A stretch of 50,472 nt of DNA, taken from the NCBI GenBank assembly GCA_016186095.1, contig JACPMG010000019.1, positions 1-50,472 on the forward strand, given 5' to 3'. Source of the stretch: Candidatus Sungiibacteriota bacterium. Its GTDB lineage: Bacteria > Patescibacteriota > Minisyncoccia > Sungbacterales > HO2-52-23. Each line of letters opens with the position of its first letter. Position 1 is the first letter of the stretch. Position numbers and translations under genes: made by a program. Below, one piece after another: positions 1 through 9,888 of this stretch. The notes below the pieces were generated by a model. That model was given only the letters and a program-made list of their open reading frames with translations. It made no database searches and was not told the origin of the DNA.

Positions 1-181
1 ACGAGAAAAGACCTCCTCGTGGAGGCACCGGAGAGCCATGCGCGTGGATCGCTAGGTCACCGGCTTGCGCCCAGCCCATGGGCAAGCGGGCGGGCAGAGT
101 GCAAGTGGTCATGCCGACTGCGAAGTCGGCGGCGAGGAGCACCGTTGCTCCACCATTGCCTCTGTCCGTCCGCCGTAGTAA

Positions 182-205
182 AAGCCGAGCTTCACCGCTC
201 GGCTT
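182..205 (-). terminator. Hairpin just after the ftsQ stop, probable intrinsic terminator
   Basis: AAGCCGAGC-TTCACC-GCTCGGCTT (9-bp stem); on the minus strand it is followed by a T run, 8 nt past the stop codon. Confidence 0.6.
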
Positions 206-213
206 CGTCATTT

Positions 214-1023
214 TTATTTCAATCTATAGAAAGCTTTGTTCCCAAATCGCACATCAATATACTCAAGTCGCGCGCGCTTCTCTTTGATTTCTTCATCCAA
301 AACAGTTTTCAGAACCCTAAACACATTTTGAAAATCATCATCGCGGTTAAAAAATATTTTAAATCCCTCGTCCGTCTCCACTCGTATCTCACGCGGGGCT
401 TGGGAAGATAATTCGTGCACTACTGACATTATGCCAAGCGAGCGCTTTATCTCCTCGCCTAAAAATATTAGGCGCTCCATAAGCGCCGGCTCAACCGCGT
501 TTTGCCCCACTGCGGGATCCGGGGCATCACTCTTTATTTTAGTAATCAGCGACCCGGAAAAATTGGGCGCCGATTCGTACGCAAATCCGGAAGCATCTAT
601 ATAGGCGCATGAGCTCTGCCCGCAAAATATGCCAAAAAGCTTGCGCTCTTTTGCCGAAATCTTGAGCTTATCCGGGAAATCTTTTTTAATTGAAATCTGC
701 TCGATCCTTGGAAACTCTTTCTGAAGGCTTTCGGCAAGAGAAGCGGTCTCGGCCAAGAAAAAAGAACTTCGGGGAATCAGTGCCGCAAACTCGCCCTGGA
801 GCTCATGTTTTATTTTTGACGCGATCTCCTCTTGGCTCAACACTTCCAAACCAGAAAAAGAAATTTCTCGAATTTGCCACCTCGGAAAACGTAAAACGTA
901 AACCATACCGGCTATGATAACACCCAATAGGGAAAAAGCCGCCAAAACCAAAAAAAACCTCCGCATATGAAAACGTCTGCGAGGCAACCTTTCTTCCCGC
1001 GGAGTATAGATAACACGACTCAT
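214..1023 (-). CDS. ftsQ: Cell division protein FtsQ/DivIB
   Basis: N-terminal TM helix, POTRA-like region (I..I.FSG...SQEEI; FPRIEQISIKKDFPDKLKISAKER), C-terminal LEYIDVRFGNK motif. Confidence 0.85.
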   Translation of the reverse strand: MSRVIYTPREERLPRRRFHMRRFFLVLAAFSLLGVIIAGMVYVLRFPRWQIREISFSGLEVLSQEEIASKIKHELQGEFAALIPRSSFFLAETASLAESLQKEFPRIEQISIKKDFPDKLKISAKERKLFGIFCGQSSCAYIDASGFAYESAPNFSGSLITKIKSDAPDPAVGQNAVEPALMERLIFLGEEIKRSLGIMSVVHELSSQAPREIRVETDEGFKIFFNRDDDFQNVFRVLKTVLDEEIKEKRARLEYIDVRFGNKAFYRLK

Positions 1024-2168
1024 AATACGAAACGCTTTATAAGAGGGTTAATCCTGGTCAAAAACTCATACTGACTAGTCCCGATTTTTAAAGCAGGCTC
1101 ATCCGCCCCTATAAATTCTCTGCCCTGCCGTCCTACTAGAACTACCTCATCGCCAACTTTCACTTTAGAAATATCACCGATATCAACCGTCATCATATCC
1201 ATAGAGACACGGCCAAGGATTTTTGCACGCCGGCCACAAATCAATACCTCGCCCACGCTAGATAATCCCCTATCGTAACCATGCCAGTAGCCCACGGGAA
1301 GTACCGCAATCTTAGTGTCTCTTTGCACTTGTTCCGTAAGGTCATACCCCACGTACGAGCCTTTAGGTATCATCTTTACTTCGCCAACAATAGTTTTCCA
1401 AGAAAGCACCGGTTTTAAAAAAAATCCTTTAGGATGCCTAACTTTGGCTGCCCAGGAAGGCCAGTAGCCATAAAGCCCCATGCCCACGCGCACCATGTCC
1501 AGATGCGCTTCGGGAAAAAGAAGCGTTGCATCGGAAGCCGCGGCATGACGGACTAAATTCCTAAATCCCGCGCGATCAAAAATTTTTATAATTTTTTTAA
1601 ATTCCGCAAGCTGGAGTTCCGTATAGGAAGGGTGGCCCCAATCCTTGGCGGCAAAATGAGTATATATTCCGGTTAATAAATTTCGGATTTCGGACTTCGG
1701 ACTTCGGACTTTCCGAATGACTTGTCCTATGTCATTCGGAAGGAATCCTTGCCTGTGCATGCCGGTATCAATTTTTAAATGAAATTGCGGGCGATTTTTT
1801 GCTTTAGCAAGCGTCAGGAGCGATTCAAAATTAGAAACGGTAAGAATTATATTACTTTCCACGGCTTCTTTAATCCGCGAGGGCAGAGTTGAACCCAAAA
1901 CCAGAATCGGGTTTTTAATGCCCTCACGTCGGAGACGCAGAGCTTCAACTATGGAATCTACGCCGAACCATAGATAATTACCAGTTACTGGTAACTGGTA
2001 ACTTGTAAGTTGCTTCGCAACTTGCACTAAGCCGTGGCCGTAGGCATTGGATTTTATCACGGCCATCAAACGGGTTTTCTTAGGTATTATATTCAAAAAT
2101 TGCTCCGTATTGTACCGGAGCGCTTTTTTATCTATTTCTATCCAGGTACGCAGGCCCGACTGGTCCAT
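1020..2168 (-). CDS. alr: Alanine racemase
   Basis: PLP-lysine motif AVIKSNAYGHG, HLKIDTGMHRQG, GRVSMD; carries two repeat-derived in-frame inserts. Confidence 0.97.
   Translation of the reverse strand: MDQSGLRTWIEIDKKALRYNTEQFLNIIPKKTRLMAVIKSNAYGHGLVQVAKQLTSYQLPVTGNYLWFGVDSIVEALRLRREGIKNPILVLGSTLPSRIKEAVESNIILTVSNFESLLTLAKAKNRPQFHLKIDTGMHRQGFLPNDIGQVIRKVRSPKSEIRNLLTGIYTHFAAKDWGHPSYTELQLAEFKKIIKIFDRAGFRNLVRHAAASDATLLFPEAHLDMVRVGMGLYGYWPSWAAKVRHPKGFFLKPVLSWKTIVGEVKMIPKGSYVGYDLTEQVQRDTKIAVLPVGYWHGYDRGLSSVGEVLICGRRAKILGRVSMDMMTVDIGDISKVKVGDEVVLVGRQGREFIGADEPALKIGTSQYEFLTRINPLIKRFVL
1682..1716. repeat. Heptamer array (TTCGGAY)x4 inside alr, encoding KVRSPKSEIRN
   Basis: ttcggat ttcggac ttcggac ttcggac followed by the inverted unit ttccgaa. 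Confidence 0.8.
1978..2001. repeat. Palindromic GTAACTG-type repeat inside alr, encoding SYQLPVTGN
   Basis: TTACCAGTTAC-TG-GTAACTGGTAA, perfect 11-bp inverted repeat. Confidence 0.8.
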
Positions 2169-2224
2169 TGACTTTTTATAATTAAGTGATGTATTATGAC
2201 AACAAAGTTGCCGGAGGAAACAGA

Positions 2225-2755
2225 ATGCACTTTTACAAAAAGTTCCTCCCGTTGTGGAAATTTCTCGGCATTACCGCGTTATCATTTTTTATATTACAGA
2301 TAGTCTCGCTGAAATCCCTGCAAGAGAACGAAAAAATCCAATTAGTAATCCCTCACTCTGCGAAGACGTTCGTGCGGACAGTCACTACTCCTCCGCCCTT
2401 GCCGAAATTCCGGGAATTCATCCGGGACAACTACACGACGGTGGGGTTCATTGGTACGATTTCCCTTGCCCTCGAAGAAACAATTCGTTTTCAGGGTTTT
2501 GTATGGCTGGGCATTTTCCTGCTCAAAAGATCAAGGATAACTCTCCGTATAAGAAAACTTCTTTTATTACTACTGCTCTGGTTGTCTATTATTCTTTTCG
2601 TTCTTGACCATGGCGTGTTGAGTATAGCGACAGTAACGGCGATGCTCGTTTTCAACCTGACTCTTTTTTACTACGGATCGCTCCTGCAGCCGTATTTGGT
2701 ACACGCCATCTGGAATCTTCTTCAGCCGATTCTTTATAACTTCTCTAAAATCTAG
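2225..2755 (+). CDS. CPBP/PrsW-like intramembrane glutamic protease-type membrane protein
   Basis: Several TM segments with an EE..R motif (LEETIRFQG), LDHG and a HxxWN motif (HAIWN); start could also be 2186/2189. Confidence 0.6.
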   Translation: MHFYKKFLPLWKFLGITALSFFILQIVSLKSLQENEKIQLVIPHSAKTFVRTVTTPPPLPKFREFIRDNYTTVGFIGTISLALEETIRFQGFVWLGIFLLKRSRITLRIRKLLLLLLLWLSIILFVLDHGVLSIATVTAMLVFNLTLFYYGSLLQPYLVHAIWNLLQPILYNFSKI

Positions 2756-2776
2756 CCGCCCCAAGGCGGACTTTTT

Positions 2777-4093
2777 TTATCGCTCGATCATTCCCAAGCC
2801 GCCCATATGGGGCCGCAATACTTCAGGGATTTTAACCGAGCCGTCTTTTTGCTGATAATTTTCCAGGATAGCGATAATGGCACGGGAAGTGGCGATGGCC
2901 GTGCCGTTTAGGGTGTGCGCGTATTCCGTTTTCCCGTCGTTACCTCGATATTTTATTCCCAGACGCCTGGTCTGATAATCCGTCGTATTAGATGTGGAGG
3001 TCACCTCCCCCCAATCGCCCTGTCCCGCTCCTTTGGAGCGAGGCTCGCTCAACGAAGTTGAGCGGCCGGGCATCCAGGCCTCCAGATCAAATTTTCTGGC
3101 GGCCTGCGCGCCCAAATCTCCGGTACACATCTCAACCACGCGGTAAGGAATTTTCAGGCCCCGCCACATTTCTTCCTCATGCTCCAAAAGCTCCTCGTGA
3201 ATTTTGGACGAATCTTCCGGCCGGCAGTATACAAACATCTCCACTTTGGTAAATTGATGCACCCGGTAGAGACCTTTGGAATACTTTCCGTAGCTTCCTG
3301 ATTCTTGCCGGAAGCAGTGCGAATAGCCGGCATATTTATAAGGCAATTTTACCCCATCCAAAATTTCATCCGCATGAATACCTGCGAGCGGAATCTCAGC
3401 AGTAGCAATAAGTCCAAGATCTGTATTTTCTATAATGTAAGTTTGCGCCTCTGACCCGCGCGGCATATATCCCGTGCCGAGATAAAACTTGCTTCGCGCC
3501 ATATCAGGGGTTATCATCGGCGTAAATCCTTTCTTCACCAAAAAATCAAGCGCGTAGCGGACGAGCGCCAACTCTAAAAGCACTCCCTCATTTTTCAAAT
3601 AATAAAAATCGGAGCCGGAAACTTTAGCCGCGGTCTCAAAATCTATAATGTCAAGTTTAGCCGCAAGCTCCAAATGATCTTTAGGTGTGAAAGAAAATTT
3701 TGGTTTCTTACCCACCTCCCGCAAGACCACGTTATCCAGCTCGCTCTTTCCTATGGGCACTTCATCCAACGGCAAGTTAGGTATTTTATATACTAATTCG
3801 TTGAATTCTTCCTCAAGCGCCTTCAACTCAAACTCCGCATCGCCCAGTTTTGCTTTTAGTCCCTTCGCCTCCCCCATCTCACGAGACCGGGTCTCGTGAG
3901 ACTCGTGGGATGCTTTTGCTATCTTGCTAGATAACTCATTTTGCCGCGCGCGCAAGTCATCCACCTCTTTAATTTTTGCTCGCCGTTTCTCGTCTAATCC
4001 GAGCAAATACTCCAAATCAAATTCTGCACCCCTATTTTTAAGGGCTTCTTTTAACTTCTCTGGATTCTCGCGGATGAATTTAATGTCTAACAT
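2777..4093 (-). CDS. serS: Serine--tRNA ligase
   Basis: MLDIKFIREN start, LIATAEIPL, FRQESG...GLYRVHQFTKVE, HTLNGTAIA motifs. Confidence 0.98.
   Translation of the reverse strand: MLDIKFIRENPEKLKEALKNRGAEFDLEYLLGLDEKRRAKIKEVDDLRARQNELSSKIAKASHESHETRSREMGEAKGLKAKLGDAEFELKALEEEFNELVYKIPNLPLDEVPIGKSELDNVVLREVGKKPKFSFTPKDHLELAAKLDIIDFETAAKVSGSDFYYLKNEGVLLELALVRYALDFLVKKGFTPMITPDMARSKFYLGTGYMPRGSEAQTYIIENTDLGLIATAEIPLAGIHADEILDGVKLPYKYAGYSHCFRQESGSYGKYSKGLYRVHQFTKVEMFVYCRPEDSSKIHEELLEHEEEMWRGLKIPYRVVEMCTGDLGAQAARKFDLEAWMPGRSTSLSEPRSKGAGQGDWGEVTSTSNTTDYQTRRLGIKYRGNDGKTEYAHTLNGTAIATSRAIIAILENYQQKDGSVKIPEVLRPHMGGLGMIER
3026..3064. repeat. Double-hairpin palindromic insert in serS
   Basis: CGCTCC-TTT-GGAGCG, linker AGGCT, CGCTCAAC-GAA-GTTGAGCG; adds residues between conserved WMPG and WGEVTS. 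Confidence 0.8.
3875..3912. repeat. Palindromic insert in the serS coiled-coil tip (SHESHETRSREM)
   Basis: TCTCACGAGACC-G-GGTCTCGTGAGA followed by a further CTCGTGGGA unit. Confidence 0.7.
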
Positions 4094-4094
4094 A

Positions 4095-4517
4095 CTAAAA
4101 ATTGAAATATGCCTTAAATGCTTTATACTCCTCGTGGCTCATGAAGTCCTTTCTTTTAAATGGATGAGTTTTTGGATTAATCCATTCGTAACTTTCATGC
4201 TCGGATGATAACTTTACGCTTCCAGATATATATTTACTTTCATAAACGGTAAGAAAGTTCAAAACTCCACGCGAAGGAACAGGACGCCGGAATTGAAATA
4301 TAGGACGCCCGATTTTGTACTTAACAGAAGGACCCAGTTCTTCCTTTATTTCCCGTGCTAGAATCTTTATCAAAGGAATTTTGTTTTCCACGTTGTCAAT
4401 ACGTCCGCCGGGCAAATCCAAAAAGTTTCGTCTGGAAATACGCAAAAAAAGTACCCGCCCACCCTTCCGCAGTAGTAACTTCAACGCCACTTGGTACAAT
4501 GCGTAATCTCGTTTCAT
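4095..4517 (-). CDS. NUDIX hydrolase
   Basis: Nudix box LPGGRID...LAREIKEELG; LSSEHESYEWI. Confidence 0.85.
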   Translation of the reverse strand: MKRDYALYQVALKLLLRKGGRVLFLRISRRNFLDLPGGRIDNVENKIPLIKILAREIKEELGPSVKYKIGRPIFQFRRPVPSRGVLNFLTVYESKYISGSVKLSSEHESYEWINPKTHPFKRKDFMSHEEYKAFKAYFNF

Positions 4518-6046
4518 TACTTTGGTCTCATAGTCGGGAATAAAACCACCTCCCTAATATTTTTCGTATTTGTAAAAAGCATTATTAATCTATCTACGCC
4601 TATCCCAAGTCCTGCTGTAGGCGGCATGCCGTACTCCATCGCCTCCAAGTAATCCTCATCAATGCGGTGCGCTTCTTCTTCCCCGCCACCGCGCATTTTC
4701 TCCTGCTCCTCAAAACGGCTACGCTGATCAAGCGGGTCGTTTAATTCCGCAAACCCATTGGTAAGCTCTACCCCAGCAACAATAAGCTGAAAACGGCGCA
4801 CTTCAGCAGGATTTTCAGGGCGTCTTTTGGAAAGGGGCGAAATATCGATAGGGTGATTGACCACAAACGTGGGCTGAACGATATATGGCCGGCATACTTT
4901 TTTATATATTTCATCGGCAATTTTACCTTTGGATTCGTGCTTCCCAACCTCAATGCCAAGTTGCCGCGCCCGCGTGGCCAGAGAATCGCGCGTCTCACGC
5001 TCGTAATCGGTAATAAGGGCGTAGCGCGAGAGAAGGTCTTTGAAAGCAACCCGCGCAAAAGGTTTTTTGACGATAATTTTTTTACCTTCTCCGCCAGAGG
5101 CGGATCCCTGCCCGACCGGCAGGCGGGCACCTTGGGCGGAAAACTCAATTTCCTGCTTCCTGCCTGCCTGCGCAGGCAGGCCAAACATTTTGGCAAGCGA
5201 AATAAACATCTCCTCAACAAATTTCATCATATCATTTTCGTCCCAGTAGGCCGCGTAGCACTCAAGCATAGTAAACTCCGGATTATGCGTGACATCAATG
5301 CCCTCATTACGAAAGATCTTACCAATCTCATATATTTTTTCCAGTCCGCCGACCAAGAGCCGCTTCAAATAAAGTTCCGGCGCGATCCGCAAGTATAAAT
5401 CAACATCAAGGGCGTTGTGATGGGTTTGAAAGGGCTTGGCAAGAGCGCCTCCGGCAAGCGGATGCAGCATCGGAGTTTCCACCTCCAGAAATCCGTTTTT
5501 TTTAAAAAAATTCCGCAGAGTTTTAATAATCTCTGACCGCACCTCAAAACGTGTCCTTATTTCCGGGTTCATCAAAAGATCCAGGTATCTTTTACGGAAT
5601 CGCTCCTCCACGTCCTGCAATCCGTGCCATTTCTCCGGCAACGGCCGCAGGGATTTAGCCAGCATCTTCCACTCTCCTACCTCCAGCGTTTCCTCGCCTT
5701 TTTTGGTTTTAAAAAGTTTGCCCTCAACTTCAAGGAAATCGCCAATATCTATAACCTCGAGAGCAAGATCATAATTTCCCCCCAACACATCCTTTTTTAG
5801 AAAAAGCTGGATTTTGCCAGATGCGTCACGCACATCCAAAAACATAGAACCCCCATGCTCGCGCTTGGCCATAATGCGCCCCGCAATGACAACTTTCTTT
5901 TTTGATTTGGCAAAAGCAGAAAATTTCTTCAAAACCTCCGCAATGGCCAAATGCGCCCCGCTTTCAGCGGGATAGGGATCAAAGCCGCTTTTTTGCAGCT
6001 TTTCTAATTTCCTTATTCTCTCGTTGCGGATATCTTCTAAGGGCAT
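4517..6046 (-). CDS. lysS: Lysine--tRNA ligase (class II)
   Basis: LRPLPEKWHGL, YLRIAPELYLKRL, FRNEGID..HNPEFT, YGMPPTAGLGIGVDRL. Confidence 0.98.
   Translation of the reverse strand: MPLEDIRNERIRKLEKLQKSGFDPYPAESGAHLAIAEVLKKFSAFAKSKKKVVIAGRIMAKREHGGSMFLDVRDASGKIQLFLKKDVLGGNYDLALEVIDIGDFLEVEGKLFKTKKGEETLEVGEWKMLAKSLRPLPEKWHGLQDVEERFRKRYLDLLMNPEIRTRFEVRSEIIKTLRNFFKKNGFLEVETPMLHPLAGGALAKPFQTHHNALDVDLYLRIAPELYLKRLLVGGLEKIYEIGKIFRNEGIDVTHNPEFTMLECYAAYWDENDMMKFVEEMFISLAKMFGLPAQAGRKQEIEFSAQGARLPVGQGSASGGEGKKIIVKKPFARVAFKDLLSRYALITDYERETRDSLATRARQLGIEVGKHESKGKIADEIYKKVCRPYIVQPTFVVNHPIDISPLSKRRPENPAEVRRFQLIVAGVELTNGFAELNDPLDQRSRFEEQEKMRGGGEEEAHRIDEDYLEAMEYGMPPTAGLGIGVDRLIMLFTNTKNIREVVLFPTMRPK
5090..5140. 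repeat. 51-bp nested palindromic element inside lysS (SAQGARLPVGQGSASGG)
   Basis: TCCGCCAGAGGCGGATCC + CTGCCCGACCGGCAGGCGGGC + ACCTTGGGCGGA; near-identical copy at 48519-48569. Confidence 0.9.
5162..5181. repeat. 20-bp perfect palindrome inside lysS (LPAQAG)
   Basis: GCCTGCCTGCGCAGGCAGGC; a related CCTGCC-GCA-GGCAGG lies intergenic at 6134-6148. Confidence 0.85.
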
Positions 6047-6158
6047 AGCTTTATCTTATTGCACGTGGACAAAAAAGAAAAGGCGCTCTAGGAAAGGAGC
6101 AGCCGTGCGTATTTTCGAGAAAAATTGTCGAGGCCTGCCGCAGGCAGGGAACCGCGCT

Positions 6159-6611
6159 TCACCGTATCTCCGCCACTTGATATGTAATAACTCCTCCGGG
6201 AGTTTTCACCTCTACTTCATCCCCCACTTTTTTGCCCAAAAACGCTTTGCCCATTGGCGACTCATTAGAAATTTTTCCTTCTGCCGGATTGGCTTCCTCC
6301 GAACCTACAATCATATACATTTCTTCGCCGCTCTGGGATCGTACACGTACGGTGGAGCCCACCGTTACCTGATCCGTACGGTGCCCCCTGATAAGCACGG
6401 CGTTCCGCACCGTCTCCTCCAATTCGGCAATCTGCAATTCCATGAGCGATTGTTCTTCTTTGGCCTCCTGATATTCGGCATTTTCTGATAAGTCGCCCAA
6501 TGTTTTGGCATGCTCAAGTCTCGCCGCAATATCCTGGCGCTTTACGGTCTTCAGCTCCTGAAGCTCCTTCTTTAATTTTTCGAGGCCTTCCTCGGAAAGA
6601 TACTCTGACAT
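6159..6611 (-). CDS. greA: Transcription elongation factor GreA
   Basis: GDLSENAEY motif, ISNESPMGKAFLG. Confidence 0.97.
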   Translation of the reverse strand: MSEYLSEEGLEKLKKELQELKTVKRQDIAARLEHAKTLGDLSENAEYQEAKEEQSLMELQIAELEETVRNAVLIRGHRTDQVTVGSTVRVRSQSGEEMYMIVGSEEANPAEGKISNESPMGKAFLGKKVGDEVEVKTPGGVITYQVAEIR

Positions 6612-6622
6612 AGTAAAGATAA

Positions 6623-6651
6623 AGAGTAAATTAGTTCCTAAAAACTGTCAA
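6623..6651 (-). promoter_or_regulatory. Putative sigma70 promoter for greA-lysS
   Basis: TTGACA-17 nt-TACTCT on the minus strand, ending 11 nt before the greA ATG. Confidence 0.45.
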
Positions 6652-6672
6652 TATGCTTTATGCACATATGAA

Positions 6673-8592
6673 TTATTTTCTATGTTCGAAATACCATTTT
6701 AGAATTTCATTCGTAATCGGGACGGCGACCGTTGCCCCTTCACCGGCATGCTCGACCATCACGGTAATAGCGACTTCCGGATTATCCACCGGAGCAAAAG
6801 CCGTTACCCACGCATGGGGAAGTCCGGAACCCGCCTGCGCTGTGCCGGTTTTAGCCGCGGCAGAGACCGGAAGACCGGAGAGAAGTCTAGCCGTACCCGA
6901 AGTAACCGTCTTCTGCATACCCTTGATGACTTCTTTGACATTATCCTCGCTTACCATGCGCTCCCTAATAAGCTGCGGCTCCTTTTTGTCGCTCACCCCC
7001 CCATCCGCGGCCAGAACGGCATCAAGAATATAAGGCCTCCATAATTTTCCGCCGTTGGCAATAGCCGCAGTAAGAGCTGCCATCTGCAGAGGCGTCACCT
7101 TTACTCCTCCCTGTCCTATGGAAACATTATAGGTATCTCCAATACGCCAGACTGGATCCTGCGGCTCGGCTATTTTTTTTGACTCCGGGTCAGGGATAAA
7201 ACCAGCCTTCTCTCCCGGAAGATCAATGCCTAATTTTGCTCCCAAGCCGAAAGCGAGCGCGTATTTTTTAATCCGCTCAATCCCTAGGCCCTTTTGCTCC
7301 TTGAACCCGCCGCCTACCATGTAGAAATAAACATTGGCCGATTGCGCTATAGCATCATAGAAATCAACCCACCCGTGTTTCTTCCAATCAAGAAACACCG
7401 ATCTCTCGCCCGGCTTGTAAGGGTTGGGGATCTCAATGAATCCCTCATCATAAATTTTTTTTGCCGGGTCAATTATTTTTTCCTCAAGGGCCGCCGCCGC
7501 GACCAAAGGCTTGATGGTGGATCCGGAAGGGAACTCGCCGGAAATAGCCCTATTGAAAAGCGGGGCAAGAGAATTTTCCAGAACCGCCTCAAACTCTTTT
7601 CGCGAAAGAGAATTAGAAAAAATATTGCTGTCAAAACCCGGGAAACTTACCAATGTCCGTACCGATCCGTTACGCGGATCTAGTATCACCACACTTCCTC
7701 CTTTGCTCTTACCAACATAATTTTGTACCGTCTCATAGGTAACCCTCTCTAATTCGCCGTCCACGGTCAGCTTGATTTTAGAACCCTCTACGGTGTTCTG
7801 TGTAAACCGAAATCTGGTCTCTTTTCCCCGTGAGTCGATTTCAACAATTTTCTTCCCACCCACGCCTCGCAATAGGCCATCGTAAAATGCCTCGATACCG
7901 CTCTTGCCTATCGTCTCCTCAGAATTAAGATCCGGCTGCCGCTCTAAATCCTCCGGCGAAACTTTGCCTATGAATCCCAGGAGATGAGAATCAGCCAACG
8001 GTTCACGGTATATGCGCTTATAACTTTCAAAAACCTGTACTCCGGGAAAACGCTCCGGCTCAGATACTATAACCGCTACTGCGCCCCGCGGCATATCCTC
8101 CGCGAGCACGACATGTTTTGGCATTTTGCCAATATCGCCATCTACGGGGAATCCTAAATCATAAAAATACTCCCGGTCTTTACCGAGAAGCGCCCCCAAA
8201 GACGCAAGCAGTTCAGCAGGACCACCGCTTCCCTCTTTAAATTTTTCTCTGCTGAATGCCACGCCAAATGACGGCATATTTACGACCAGCGGAATATCAA
8301 AACGATCATACACCACTCCGCGCGGCGGAAAAACCGGCAATACAAAAAAACGGTTCTCTTGCGACTTTCCCAAAAAATAATCCCCCCTATGGAGCGTAAG
8401 ATCGGCCGCCGCCCAGGTGAGATACCCAACTCCGACGACAACAACCAGAAGGAAAACCGACGGGAAGAAGCGACCTATCGAACGCTCCATCTTCCCTTCA
8501 AGGTTCGAAGAAAAATGTAATTGGTCGGCCGAATCAGCAAGAATTTCATCGGGATCAAGCGGAACAACTGTTTTATTTTTGCCGAAAGCCAT
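6673..8592 (-). CDS. mrdA: Penicillin-binding protein 2 (class B transpeptidase)
   Basis: SxxK (GSTIK), SxN (SAN) and KTG motifs; PRGVVYDR and GKSGIE dimerisation-domain motifs; follows mreBCD. Confidence 0.93.
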   Translation of the reverse strand: MAFGKNKTVVPLDPDEILADSADQLHFSSNLEGKMERSIGRFFPSVFLLVVVVGVGYLTWAAADLTLHRGDYFLGKSQENRFFVLPVFPPRGVVYDRFDIPLVVNMPSFGVAFSREKFKEGSGGPAELLASLGALLGKDREYFYDLGFPVDGDIGKMPKHVVLAEDMPRGAVAVIVSEPERFPGVQVFESYKRIYREPLADSHLLGFIGKVSPEDLERQPDLNSEETIGKSGIEAFYDGLLRGVGGKKIVEIDSRGKETRFRFTQNTVEGSKIKLTVDGELERVTYETVQNYVGKSKGGSVVILDPRNGSVRTLVSFPGFDSNIFSNSLSRKEFEAVLENSLAPLFNRAISGEFPSGSTIKPLVAAAALEEKIIDPAKKIYDEGFIEIPNPYKPGERSVFLDWKKHGWVDFYDAIAQSANVYFYMVGGGFKEQKGLGIERIKKYALAFGLGAKLGIDLPGEKAGFIPDPESKKIAEPQDPVWRIGDTYNVSIGQGGVKVTPLQMAALTAAIANGGKLWRPYILDAVLAADGGVSDKKEPQLIRERMVSEDNVKEVIKGMQKTVTSGTARLLSGLPVSAAAKTGTAQAGSGLPHAWVTAFAPVDNPEVAITVMVEHAGEGATVAVPITNEILKWYFEHRK

Positions 8593-8594
8593 GC

Positions 8595-9101
8595 TTATAC
8601 CCTCTTAAATAATAAACCAAGTGCTCCGGTCAGAAAGGTAATCAAAGTTGGCAGTAAAACAGCCCATACCAACGAAGCTAAAAATACGTGACCCCAAAAT
8701 TCCCAGTAAACTGGCACAGGCAAACCGTGAACATAATCTGCCGTCCAGCCAAAAAATAAAATCAGATTAACGAATAAAATAGTGCCCATAGCAGTGCCCA
8801 CACCGCGCGTCATAAAAGACTCCGCGTGCGAAAAAATGCCCCGCAGAATTTCGGTAAAAAACGCCAAAATTATGAAAATGGCGGTGTATGTCCCGAATAC
8901 GTATAAAGATACGCTGTCCATCAACACCCCAGCCAGAATTGCCCAAAACAGCCGCCGGGATAAACCTATATTCCAGAATAAAAAAATTAGTGTGGCGCCA
9001 AAAAGCGGCGGCCGGACTTCCCATAGCGCAATCCTGCTCCCCCACGCTATTTCAATAAAGAAGGCGCCGGCTAGAAAACAAATGGCTAAAACGTATTTCA
9101 T
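8595..9101 (-). CDS. mreD: Rod shape-determining protein MreD
   Basis: Hydrophobic multi-TM protein with GVLMDS..FG motif between mreC and mrdA. Confidence 0.8.
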   Translation of the reverse strand: MKYVLAICFLAGAFFIEIAWGSRIALWEVRPPLFGATLIFLFWNIGLSRRLFWAILAGVLMDSVSLYVFGTYTAIFIILAFFTEILRGIFSHAESFMTRGVGTAMGTILFVNLILFFGWTADYVHGLPVPVYWEFWGHVFLASLVWAVLLPTLITFLTGALGLLFKRV

Positions 9102-9874
9102 GGCGCCGGATGCATGACAAATACCTGATTCAAAAATTCAGGACGGGCAATATGTATCGCCCGTACTTCATAAAAGGCAGAGGCGGACGGCGGCTTCTCC
9201 TGTACAATCTCACCTATCACAAAAGGATATCTCCCCTTAGAGGATGCGAGAAGTACAGCATCTCCGCGTCTAATTATCTCGTCCGCCGGAATCAATTCCA
9301 GCAAAAACGCATGTGACCCCAGGCCTTTGGCTAAAACCCGCAATCTGGAAGGAAGCAACTCAACTTCAATACTTTCTCCGAAGCTGGAAGCAACCACTAC
9401 TTTAGCCGATATGTCTCCCGCTTCCCGCACCGTGCCTATAAAAACGCGGTTTTCATCAATCACTAAATCTCCCTGAGAGATGCCGTCATTTCTGCCGGCG
9501 TCGAGAAGCAAGAATTCCCGTCCTGCTTCACGACCGTGAAGAAGCACACGAGCCCCCTTAAGAGTCAGTCCGGAATCTTGACGAAAGGAGAAGACCTTTT
9601 TAAGCGCTTCATTCTCCGCTTGTAATTTTTTTACCTCTACATTTTCTGTCTTGAGACGCTGATTTTCGCGAATCAAGCTATCTGCCTCTGTGCCGGTAAG
9701 CGTCTCCCTGCTGGAAATCCTGCGGACCTGATTAATGATGCCGATCAGCGGTTTTATTGCCGCAAGCGACATCGTCTGCACCCTCCGTAAGATTGCCGAG
9801 TCATTAAAAAAAATCAGCAGCCCCAAAAGGAGCGCTATGACAAGAAATAAAGTTGACTTCCCTCTCCACGCCAT
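9098..9874 (-). CDS. mreC: Rod shape-determining protein MreC
   Basis: TM anchor, coiled coil (ENQRLK...ENEALKK), LLDAGRNDGI beta domain; follows mreB. Confidence 0.9.
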   Translation of the reverse strand: MAWRGKSTLFLVIALLLGLLIFFNDSAILRRVQTMSLAAIKPLIGIINQVRRISSRETLTGTEADSLIRENQRLKTENVEVKKLQAENEALKKVFSFRQDSGLTLKGARVLLHGREAGREFLLLDAGRNDGISQGDLVIDENRVFIGTVREAGDISAKVVVASSFGESIEVELLPSRLRVLAKGLGSHAFLLELIPADEIIRRGDAVLLASSKGRYPFVIGEIVQEKPPSASAFYEVRAIHIARPEFLNQVFVMHPAP

Positions 9875-9888
9875 GAAAAAATCATAAT

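Noticed and set aside
1-211. Open minus-strand frame from ATG 211 to the window edge, and short plus-strand ORFs
   Set aside because: No recognisable protein motif (not FtsA), and the frame runs through the terminator hairpin; cannot be assigned from this window
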